Source of the DNA: Horticoccus luteus
GTDB lineage: Bacteria; Verrucomicrobiota; Verrucomicrobiia; Opitutales; Opitutaceae
Direction: 5' to 3'
DNA: 32,000 nucleotides
NCBI RefSeq assembly: GCF_019464535.1
Contig: NZ_CP080507.1
Location: forward strand, 2,040,001-2,072,000
Of this stretch, positions 17,061 through 26,445 are shown piece by piece; the stretch's first letter is position 1; each line of letters starts with the position of its first letter. The notes below the pieces were generated by a model. The model ran no database searches. It was not told the DNA's origin and saw nothing but the letters and a program-made list of their open reading frames with translations. The position numbers were made by a program, and so were the translations under genes.

Positions 17061-17447
17061 TCACAACATCCGTCCGGCCATCGGATCGATCACGCCCAGA
17101 CGCATCGCGAACGTGTGCGCGATGCTGCTCGCCGCGGCTTTCGCCCGCTGCGCGTTGGGGCCGGCGAAGTTTTCGTCGATCGTCGCGTGAAACAGCCCCA
17201 GCCAGCGCTGGAAATGCTCCGCCGTCACGGGCAACGGCACATGCGGCGGAAACGGCCGCCCCGCGTAGCCCGGCTCACCGAGAATCATCCCGCCCCAGAA
17301 TGCATACATCTTCGGCAGGTGCTGCGGCCAATCGACTTTCGCGAAGCCGTTGAAAATCGGATCGAGCAAGTCGTCCTGCTGCACTTTGCCGTAAAAGAGG
17401 TCCACCAACCGCTTCACGTCCTCCATATTCTGCACGTCGCTCATCAA
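17061..17447 (-). CDS. Group III truncated haemoglobin (trHbP / Ctb-like)
   Basis: 128 aa. VKRLVDLFYGKVQQDDLLDPIFN, MYAFWGGMILGEPGYAGRPFPPHVPLP (proximal His context) and FQRWLGLFHATIDE closely parallel Campylobacter Ctb-type globins as I recall them. Confidence 0.8.
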   Translation of the reverse strand: MMSDVQNMEDVKRLVDLFYGKVQQDDLLDPIFNGFAKVDWPQHLPKMYAFWGGMILGEPGYAGRPFPPHVPLPVTAEHFQRWLGLFHATIDENFAGPNAQRAKAAASSIAHTFAMRLGVIDPMAGRML

Positions 17448-17594
17448 TCGGAGTGAGCGTGAGCGGCACCGGCATGCAAGCAGCCTCTGCGAAATCCTTG
17501 ATCCAGCTCAAGACGGCTAAGCGCCGCTGCGCACCCACTCGCCCCATAGACTCTCTCGTGCTTCCCTTGGTCCGGGGCGCGCACGCGTCTCGTC

Positions 17595-19631
<2,037 letters not shown>

Positions 19632-19690
19632 GATGCGTCGCGCAGGAACCAGAGAACACGCCCCGCCGCCCGTTGCAAACGCCCGCACGC

Positions 19691-20365
19691 TCAGCGAGCC
19701 ACCAACTTGTGCAGGTCCGCGACCGTCAACTCGTCCAGCCGGTGCACGACCCGATCCACGCGCCCGCGCAACGCCTCCGCGGGATGCGTCGTCGCCACCC
19801 CCACGACCTTCATGCCGCCCGCCCGCGCCGCCTCGATGCCCGCAAACGCATCCTCAAACACTACGCAACTCGCCGGTGCCCGGGAGATCTTTTCCGCCGC
19901 GCGCAAAAACACGTCGGGGTGCGGCTTTCCCTGCGTCACATCCTCCGCCGTCACCATCGCAGTGAACACCGACGCCAGGCCGAGCACGTCGAGGATTGTC
20001 GCGATATTCTCGCGATGCGTGGAGGAACCCACGCAGAACGGCACCCGTCCCTCCGCTAGCCGCGCGAGAAATTCCCGCCCGCCCGGCAGCACCTCGAGCC
20101 CGCGCTCGGCGACGATTTCCCGATACAGCGCCTCCTTGCGCAACGACAGGCGCCGCACGTCGCCGCTGTCGCGCGTCCAGCCGAGCAATTCCGGAATGAT
20201 CCATTCGTTCTTCTTGCCGAAGCCGAGTTTGAAGTGGCCTTCGGGCAACGTGCGCCGCTCTTCGGCCGCGAGTCGTTCCCAACTGAGTTCGTGATGATGC
20301 GACGAGTCGATGATGACGCCGTCCCAATCGAAAATGACGCCGAGGTCCGGCGAAACGTTTGCCAT
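19691..20365 (-). CDS. HAD-superfamily hydrolase, beta-phosphoglucomutase-like subfamily IA
   Basis: ATG 20365 ([21 protein letters not shown]). HAD motif I DWDGV, motif II VGSST, motif III GKPHPD, motif [17 protein letters not shown]. The track ORF from 20539 is an Arg-rich extension. Confidence 0.88.
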   Translation of the reverse strand: MANVSPDLGVIFDWDGVIIDSSHHHELSWERLAAEERRTLPEGHFKLGFGKKNEWIIPELLGWTRDSGDVRRLSLRKEALYREIVAERGLEVLPGGREFLARLAEGRVPFCVGSSTHRENIATILDVLGLASVFTAMVTAEDVTQGKPHPDVFLRAAEKISRAPASCVVFEDAFAGIEAARAGGMKVVGVATTHPAEALRGRVDRVVHRLDELTVADLHKLVAR

Positions 20366-20412
20366 GGCCGCATGTTTTCGCCGCCGCCGCCGCGTGGCAA
20401 TCCGGCAAAAAG

Positions 20413-21105
20413 TCACGCGCGATTCGCCGGCGGCGGGGTGCGGCCGGTCTGCCGCCACCAACGCGCAAAACGGAACAGCGGCGGCAGGACAAACCACGCT
20501 ACGATCACGCCGAGGAGAACCCATTTCACGCGGTCCCACGCCGGCGCGACGTAGTCGATGCGCTCAGCCCACGACGACGGTGGCGTCGCGGTTGCGACCG
20601 TCGTCGTCGCGGCAGCCGGCGCGCTCCCCGCGGCGTCCAAATCCTGCAGGTCAAGCGCCTGCGCGTCGCGTTGCCACGTGAGGCGCGTCGCTTCCGTTTC
20701 GGCGGCCGCGATGCGGGCGAGCGCATCTGCGTGAAAACGCTCCATCTTCGCCAGCCGCTCGGCGTTGGCGCGCTGCTGCGCGGGATTCCCCACGAGCCGG
20801 TCCCACGTGCTTTCCTGTTCACGCAAGCCTGCGGCTATTTTGTCCGCTTGGTCCGCGCGCTTGCGTTCCGCGGTGATCTCAAGGGACAACCGGTCGAGGC
20901 GCTGATTCGCTTGCGCGACACTTTCCCGCAAAGCCGCCCGGCGCGCGTCCCTTTGTTGCCGCTGCGTCGCTCGATCCGCGACCTCGTCCGCCACGGCGTG
21001 CCGGTGCAGCCACCACGCCGTGCCCCCGAGCACCGCCGCCGCGAGTAGGACCGGGGGCAGCAGCTTGCGCACAATAATCCAGAGGTATTTGAACAGAAAC
21101 GTCAT
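20413..21105 (-). CDS. Hypothetical protein: N-terminal TM helix, ~130-aa Arg/Gln/Ala-rich coiled coil, Ala/Thr linker, C-terminal TM helix
   Basis: 230 aa. LLPPVLLAAAVLGGTAWWL and VKWVLLGVIVAWFVLPPLF are the hydrophobic segments. The central part (QRQQRDARRAALRESVAQANQRLDRLSLEITAERKRADQADKIAAGLREQE...) looks coiled-coil. Same strand as the HAD gene and uvrB, with short gaps. No family recognised. Confidence 0.65.
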   Translation of the reverse strand: MTFLFKYLWIIVRKLLPPVLLAAAVLGGTAWWLHRHAVADEVADRATQRQQRDARRAALRESVAQANQRLDRLSLEITAERKRADQADKIAAGLREQESTWDRLVGNPAQQRANAERLAKMERFHADALARIAAAETEATRLTWQRDAQALDLQDLDAAGSAPAAATTTVATATPPSSWAERIDYVAPAWDRVKWVLLGVIVAWFVLPPLFRFARWWRQTGRTPPPANRA

Positions 21106-21249
21106 TTATGAAGTCTGGGTGGCGGATGAATTAGCTCGCGTCATTCAACGGCCGCGGACCCCGGATGCCAATTGCTAAAGCCTCCGGCGGCGGCCAAGCT
21201 CGCCCTCAGTCCAACGGCGTTGCTGTTCAACTCCTCCCCTCCCAACCCC

Positions 21250-22524
21250 ATGTCCAAGGTAATTATTTCCACTCTGTATGACTCCGATGTGTTTCGCATG
21301 GCGTGCCGCCAGTTCGATCAGGCGGCCGACGCGATCAATCTCCCGGAGGCCATCCGCGATCGCACGAAATATCCCCGCCGCTGCCTCGCCGTGGCCCTGC
21401 CCGTCGAGCGCGATGATGGCTCGGTGACGGTCTTCGAAGGCTATCGCGTCCAGCACAACCTCTCCACCGGTCCGTCCAAAGGCGGCATCCGTTTTCACCA
21501 ACACGTCACGTTGGGTGAAGTCGCCGCGCTCTCGATGTGGATGAGTTGGAAGTGCTCCCTCGTCGGCCTGCCCTACGGCGGTGCGAAAGGCGGCGTGATC
21601 GTGGATCCGCACCAACTTTCCGAACGTGAGCTCGAACATCTTTCCCGCCGCTACATGCAGGAGATGATCAACTTCGTCGGCCCGCACACCGACGTGCCCG
21701 CACCCGACGTCGGCACCAACGAGAAAATCATGGGCTGGATGATGGATACGTATTCCAACCACGCCGGCCATCTCGAGACCGCCGTCGTCACCGGCAAACC
21801 GATCGCCCTCGGCGGTTCACAAGGTCGCCGTGAAGCCACGGGGGCGGGCGTCGCCTATCTCGTGAAACAGTATCTCGCCGACCTCAAGATCCCGATCAAG
21901 AAGGCCACGGTGGCGATTCAAGGCTTCGGCAATGTCGGCAGTGAAACGGCCCTCGCCCTCGCGAATTACGGCGCGAAAATCATCGCGATCTCCGACTACA
22001 CCGGCGCCTTTCACAACCCCAAGGGCATCGATGTGCAACGCGCGTTGAAATACGTGCAATACCAGCGCGTGTTGAAGGATTTCGATGGCGGTGAACCCAT
22101 CACCAACGAGCAGCTCCTCGAGTTGAAATGCACGGTCCTCGTGCCCGCCGCCCTCGAGCGCGTCATCACCGAAAAAAATGCACCCAAGCTCCGCTGCCGC
22201 GTCCTCGCCGAAGCCGCCAACGGCCCGACGACCAACGCCGCCGACAAAATCCTCAACCAGCGCGACGAGATCGAGGTCATCCCCGACGTGCTCTGCAATT
22301 CCGGCGGCGTCATCGTCTCGTATTTCGAATGGCTGCAAAATCTGCAGAACTTCTATTGGTCGCGCGACGAGGTGATGACCAAACTCTACGCCGTCCTCGA
22401 CAAAGCGAAGACGTCCGTCGACTACCAAAAACGGAAGTTCAAATTCAGCCGCCGTCTCGCCGCGCTCACGCTCGGTGTGCAACGCGTCGCCGACGCCAAG
22501 GCCGCGCGCGGCCTCTTCCCGTAA
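21250..22524 (+). CDS. gdh: Glutamate dehydrogenase (Glu/Leu/Phe/Val dehydrogenase family, ~424 aa class)
   Basis: ATG 21250 (MSKVIIS...). Catalytic region GPSKGGIRFH and LPYGGAKGGV, and dinucleotide-binding VAIQGFGNVGS. Confidence 0.93.
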   Translation: MSKVIISTLYDSDVFRMACRQFDQAADAINLPEAIRDRTKYPRRCLAVALPVERDDGSVTVFEGYRVQHNLSTGPSKGGIRFHQHVTLGEVAALSMWMSWKCSLVGLPYGGAKGGVIVDPHQLSERELEHLSRRYMQEMINFVGPHTDVPAPDVGTNEKIMGWMMDTYSNHAGHLETAVVTGKPIALGGSQGRREATGAGVAYLVKQYLADLKIPIKKATVAIQGFGNVGSETALALANYGAKIIAISDYTGAFHNPKGIDVQRALKYVQYQRVLKDFDGGEPITNEQLLELKCTVLVPAALERVITEKNAPKLRCRVLAEAANGPTTNAADKILNQRDEIEVIPDVLCNSGGVIVSYFEWLQNLQNFYWSRDEVMTKLYAVLDKAKTSVDYQKRKFKFSRRLAALTLGVQRVADAKAARGLFP

Positions 22525-22551
22525 ACGCACCCGGTCCGCCCGCACTCGCGT

Positions 22552-22574
22552 GGCTTGGGCGTCCCGCCCAAGCC
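22552..22574. terminator. Perfect 10-bp GC-rich hairpin between convergent gdh and the transporter gene
   Basis: GGCTTGGGCG-TCC-CGCCCAAGCC at 22552-22574, 28 nt after the gdh stop and 63 nt from the transporter stop. No T-tract on either side. Confidence 0.45.
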
Positions 22575-22636
22575 CGCCGCCACGCTCCCGCCCGGCCGCC
22601 ACGAACGTCCGCCCGTCGCCGCGCCTCAACCACCGG

Positions 22637-23995
22637 TCAGTGCAGGAAAATCCAGCCGCACACCGCGAGGATCGGCAGCAGGATCGGCAAACTGTAGCGA
22701 CCGATGTAGCCGAAGAACGACGGCACCCGCACGCCCGCCGACTCCGCGATCGATTTCACCATGAAATTGGGGCCGTTGCCGATGTAGGTCATCGCGCCGA
22801 AAAATACCGCGCCAAGGCTGACCGCGATCACGAGTTCCGGCCGGTCGGCGAGCAGTTGATGCACCGCCGCGTGCTCCGCCGCCGGGGTCGATTCTCCACC
22901 GCCACCGGTCGACGCGCTGACCTCGGCCAGCTTCAGGAAATTCACATACGTCGGCGCATTATCCAGCACCGCCGAGAGCCCGCCCGAAGCGAAATAATAC
23001 GCCGGCGCGCGCTCGAAACCGAATTCGTGACCGTGCTGCTCCAGATAGTTCAACGCGGGCATCATCGTGGCGAAAATACCGATGAAGAGAAACGCCACCT
23101 CCTTGATCGGGCCGAAGCTGAAGTGATTTTCCAAATGCACATCTTTCGGCGTCAGCCGGTAGCTCGCCACCGCCGCTCCGAGCATCACGATTTCGCGGAG
23201 AAACCAGTAGTCCGGCAGAAACACCGCCGCGATGATCACGCCCAGGAACAGCACGTTCATCATGCCGTCGAAGCGCCACGTATCCGGCGCCTCGCTTTCG
23301 TGCCGCAAGCGCACCGGCATCCGCGCAAACGACCGTCGATCGAACACGTAAAACGCCACCAGCAGCGCCACCAGCGTCACGATCCACTGCCCGATCACGT
23401 GGTCGAGCAGCCAGAAGAACGGCACGCCGCGCAGGTAGCCCAGAAACAACGGCGGATCGCCGATCGGCGTCAGCGCACCGCCGACGTTTGAAACCACGAA
23501 GATGAAAAATACGATGTGAAACGCGCTGATGCGGATCTTGTTCAACCGGATCCATGGCCGGATCATTACCATCGAGGCGCCCGTCGTGCCGATGAAGTTC
23601 GCCAGCACCGCGCCGACCGCGAGAAACGCCACGTTCACCACCGGCGTCGATTCGCCCTTCACCTTGATGTGAATCCCGCCCGCCACCACGTACAGCGCCC
23701 CGATGAGGCTGATGAACGAGAAATACTCGTGCGCCGTGTGCCCGATCACCGTGCCGCCGCCTTCCACGCGCCATAGATAATATGCCGCCACCACCAGCCC
23801 CAGGCCGATCGCGATGTGCGGATAATAGTGCTCCCACAGATGCTTCACCCGCGGGGGCGTGAGCGGCATCGTGGCGATAAGCAGCAGCAACAGCGCGAAC
23901 GGTGCCACCAGGATGAGCGGGATCGATGCGACTGCGCCATGACTGACCGTCGCGAGGGAAAGCTGAAACATGCGACCGCGTGATGCAGAACTCAT
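22637..23995 (-). CDS. Polytopic ion transporter of the ArsB/NhaD (citrate-transporter-like) superfamily, of the kind usually annotated sodium:proton antiporter
   Basis: Highly hydrophobic throughout. Conserved-looking segments HEYFSFISLIGALYVVAGGIHI, TTGASMVMIRPWIRLN, FIFVVSNVGGALTPIGDPPLFLGYLRGVPFFW. Start is ATG 23995 (MSSAS) or 23971 (MFQLS). The Gly/Arg-rich 64 aa from 24187 in the track ORF are rejected. Confidence 0.8.
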   Translation of the reverse strand: MSSASRGRMFQLSLATVSHGAVASIPLILVAPFALLLLLIATMPLTPPRVKHLWEHYYPHIAIGLGLVVAAYYLWRVEGGGTVIGHTAHEYFSFISLIGALYVVAGGIHIKVKGESTPVVNVAFLAVGAVLANFIGTTGASMVMIRPWIRLNKIRISAFHIVFFIFVVSNVGGALTPIGDPPLFLGYLRGVPFFWLLDHVIGQWIVTLVALLVAFYVFDRRSFARMPVRLRHESEAPDTWRFDGMMNVLFLGVIIAAVFLPDYWFLREIVMLGAAVASYRLTPKDVHLENHFSFGPIKEVAFLFIGIFATMMPALNYLEQHGHEFGFERAPAYYFASGGLSAVLDNAPTYVNFLKLAEVSASTGGGGESTPAAEHAAVHQLLADRPELVIAVSLGAVFFGAMTYIGNGPNFMVKSIAESAGVRVPSFFGYIGRYSLPILLPILAVCGWIFLH

Positions 23996-24181
23996 GCCGC
24001 CGCCGCAAGCCAGCGTCGCAACTTTGCGCGCTCGGCCACCTTTTCGCCCACCGCCAACCTCCGTTCGCATCCCATTTCCGGGACGTCCGCTTCCCGCCTT
24101 CGGCGCCTGGCCGCCGGCTTCAAAAGCCACCAATACTTTCTGCGCGTTGCCCTCAAACGACTTAGGTCTGTTTCGTTGCCT

Positions 24182-24197
24182 TGGCACGCGCCTTGCA
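24182..24197 (+). promoter_or_regulatory. Sigma-54 (RpoN) type -24/-12 promoter element upstream of the adaptor/ABC/permease cluster
   Basis: TGGCACG-CGCC-TTGCA at 24182-24197 matches the TGGCACG-N4-TTGCW consensus at every specified position. I saw no other match of this quality in the intergenic regions I read through by eye. Caveat: the predicted start site (~24207-24209) leaves only a 5-7 nt leader before ATG 24214. Confidence 0.55.
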
Positions 24198-24213
24198 AAG
24201 TCTGTCGCGCACC

Positions 24214-25467
24214 ATGGACATCCCGCGCCCCGACCAAACGAAAGCCAAGCGCAAGAAACGCATCCTCCTCGCCGCCGGCATTGTGGTCGCGCTCGCCGTC
24301 ATCACCGTCCTCCTCGCGCGCCTCAAGCCCGCCGCGCCCAGCGTCGAACGCAACCTCGTGTGGATCGACACCGTCAAACGCGGCGAAATGCTCCGCCAGG
24401 TGCGCGGCCTCGGCACGCTCGTCCCCGAGGAAATCACGTGGATCGCCGCCCGCACCCAAGGCCGCGTCGATAAAATCGTCCTGCGCCCCGGCGCCGATGT
24501 GAGTGAGACCAGCGTCATCCTCATCCTCACCAACCCCGACGTCGTGCGCGCCGCCACCGACGCCGACTCGCAGCTCAAGGCCGCGGAAGCCGAACTCGCC
24601 AACCTCAAGGTGACCCTCGAAAGCAGCGTCCTCGCCGCCGAATCCACCGCCGCCACCGCGAAAGCCGATTACGAACAGGCGAAACTTCGCGCCGAGGTGA
24701 ACGACCAGTTGTTTCAAGACGGCCTCGTTTCGCCGCTCGAAATGCGCCTCACCAAAGTCACCGCCGAGCAAGCCGCCACGCGCAACACCATCGAGCAAAA
24801 ACGCTACGCCTTCGCGCAGGATTCGATCGCACCCCAACTCGCCGTCAAAGCCGCCGAAGTCGACCGGCTCCGCAGTCAGGCCAAACTCCGTCAGGACGAG
24901 CTCGATGCCCTCACCGTCCGCGCGGGCATGACCGGCGTCCTGCAACTTCTCCCCGTCGAAGTCGGCGCCCAAGTCCAACCCGGCACCAACCTCGCCCGCG
25001 TCGCTGATCCCCATCGCCTTAAGGCCGAAGTCCGCGTCGCCGAGACGCAGGCCAAGGACATCCAGATCGGCCAGCCCGCGACCATCGATACGCGCAACGG
25101 CATCGCGGCCGGTAAAGTCTCCCGCATCGATCCCTCCGTGCAAAACGGCACCGTCACCGTCGACGTGACGATGACGCAGGAGCTCCCCCGCGGCGCGCGG
25201 CCGGATCTGTCCGTCGATGGCACCATCGAACTCGAGCGCCTCAACGACGTCGTTTACGTCGGCCGCCCCGCGTTTGGCCAGGAACACAGCACCGTCGGCA
25301 TGTTCAAGCTCGACGCCGACGGCATCTACGCCACCCGCACGCAGGTCCAGCTTGGCCGCAGCTCCGTCAACACGATCGAAATCGTCAACGGCCTCCAACC
25401 CGGCGACCGCGTCATCCTCTCCGACATGTCGCAGTGGGATGCCAACGACCGCATCAAGTTGAACTGA
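24214..25467 (+). CDS. HlyD/MacA-family periplasmic adaptor (membrane fusion protein)
   Basis: ATG 24214 (MDIPRPDQTKAKRKKRILLAAGIVVALAVITVLL: basic N-terminus plus TM anchor). Lipoyl-like segment (ARTQGRVDKIVLRPGADV), long alpha-hairpin (DSQLKAAEAELANLKV...DELDALTVRAGMTGVL) and a beta-barrel tail (GQPATIDTRNG...GKVSRIDPSVQNGTVTVDV). Confidence 0.88.
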   Translation: MDIPRPDQTKAKRKKRILLAAGIVVALAVITVLLARLKPAAPSVERNLVWIDTVKRGEMLRQVRGLGTLVPEEITWIAARTQGRVDKIVLRPGADVSETSVILILTNPDVVRAATDADSQLKAAEAELANLKVTLESSVLAAESTAATAKADYEQAKLRAEVNDQLFQDGLVSPLEMRLTKVTAEQAATRNTIEQKRYAFAQDSIAPQLAVKAAEVDRLRSQAKLRQDELDALTVRAGMTGVLQLLPVEVGAQVQPGTNLARVADPHRLKAEVRVAETQAKDIQIGQPATIDTRNGIAAGKVSRIDPSVQNGTVTVDVTMTQELPRGARPDLSVDGTIELERLNDVVYVGRPAFGQEHSTVGMFKLDADGIYATRTQVQLGRSSVNTIEIVNGLQPGDRVILSDMSQWDANDRIKLN

Positions 25468-25613
25468 TCCGCTCCGCCGCGCGTAACTTTTCCGGCTCTC
25501 GCCGTGTTTATCCCGCCATGCTCCCCGCTGTTGTTCTCGTCGCGCTGCTGACCGCCTTGGTTGCCGCCGACACTTCCGCCGACTCCTAACGCCCGCTTCC
25601 TCCTCTCTTCCCC

Positions 25614-26321
25614 ATGAATCCAGAATCTCTCATCAAACTCGACGGCGTCACCAAAGTCTTCCTCACCGACGAGGTCGAAACGCACGCCCTCTCCGGCATT
25701 CACATCGACATCGTCAAAGGCGAATTCGTCTCCATCGCCGGCCCGTCCGGTTGCGGCAAGTCCACCTTGCTCTCCATCCTCGGTCTCCTCGATTCGCCGA
25801 CCGATGGCACCTATCTTCTCAACGGCCGCCCCGTGCAGGGCCTCTCGCTCCCCGAGCGCGCCCGCATCCGCAATCGCGAGATCGGTTTCATTTTCCAATC
25901 GTTCAATCTCATCGGCGATCTCACCGTTTACGAGAACGTCGAACTCCCGCTCACTTACCGCGGCATGCCCGCCAGCGAACGCAAAATCGCCGTCACCGAA
26001 GCGCTGGAAAAAGTCGGCATGGCGCATCGCGCGAAGCATCTGCCCTCGCAGCTTTCCGGCGGTCAGCAGCAACGCGTCGCCGTCGCCCGCGCCCTCGCCG
26101 GCAAACCTGCCGTCCTCCTCGCCGACGAGCCCACCGGCAACCTCGATTCGAAAAACGGCGACTCCGTCATGCAGCTCCTCGCCGGTCTTCACCAAGGCGG
26201 CGCGACCATCGTCATGGTCACGCACGACGCCCGATTCGCGCGCAACGCCGACCGCACCATTCACATCTTCGACGGCCGCGTCGTGCAGGAGCAGGTCGAG
26301 ACTGATCCCACCCGCGCTTAA
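25614..26321 (+). CDS. ABC transporter ATP-binding protein, MacB/LolD-type stand-alone ATPase
   Basis: Walker [11 protein letters not shown]-loop FIFQSFNL, signature [15 protein letters not shown], Walker [14 protein letters not shown]-loop MVTHD. Confidence 0.93.
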   Translation: MNPESLIKLDGVTKVFLTDEVETHALSGIHIDIVKGEFVSIAGPSGCGKSTLLSILGLLDSPTDGTYLLNGRPVQGLSLPERARIRNREIGFIFQSFNLIGDLTVYENVELPLTYRGMPASERKIAVTEALEKVGMAHRAKHLPSQLSGGQQQRVAVARALAGKPAVLLADEPTGNLDSKNGDSVMQLLAGLHQGGATIVMVTHDARFARNADRTIHIFDGRVVQEQVETDPTRA

Positions 26322-26445
26322 CCGCTTCGGTCACGCCGCCCCGGGCGCGCCGTTTAGCGCGAGTAGGAAATTCCGTTCGTCGGCCTCTCGCGTCCGGCTC
26401 CGCCCTGTCCGCTGATCGCCCCGTCCACCTCGCTCGTTTCGCCTC

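Noticed and set aside
21120-21135. Sigma-54-like TGGCGG-N-TTAGC upstream of gdh
   Set aside because: The GG-to-GC spacing is one nucleotide too long, and both half-sites deviate from consensus.
23996-24187. N-terminal 64-aa extension of the transporter ORF, and similar extensions of uvrB (19632-19688) and the HAD gene (20366-20539)
   Set aside because: The extensions are Gly/Arg/Pro-rich and lack similarity to the respective families. They precede internal ATGs that give canonical N-termini.
25802-25817. TGGCAC-N5-TTCT inside the ABC ATPase gene
   Set aside because: The site is intragenic and the -12 element lacks the GC dinucleotide.
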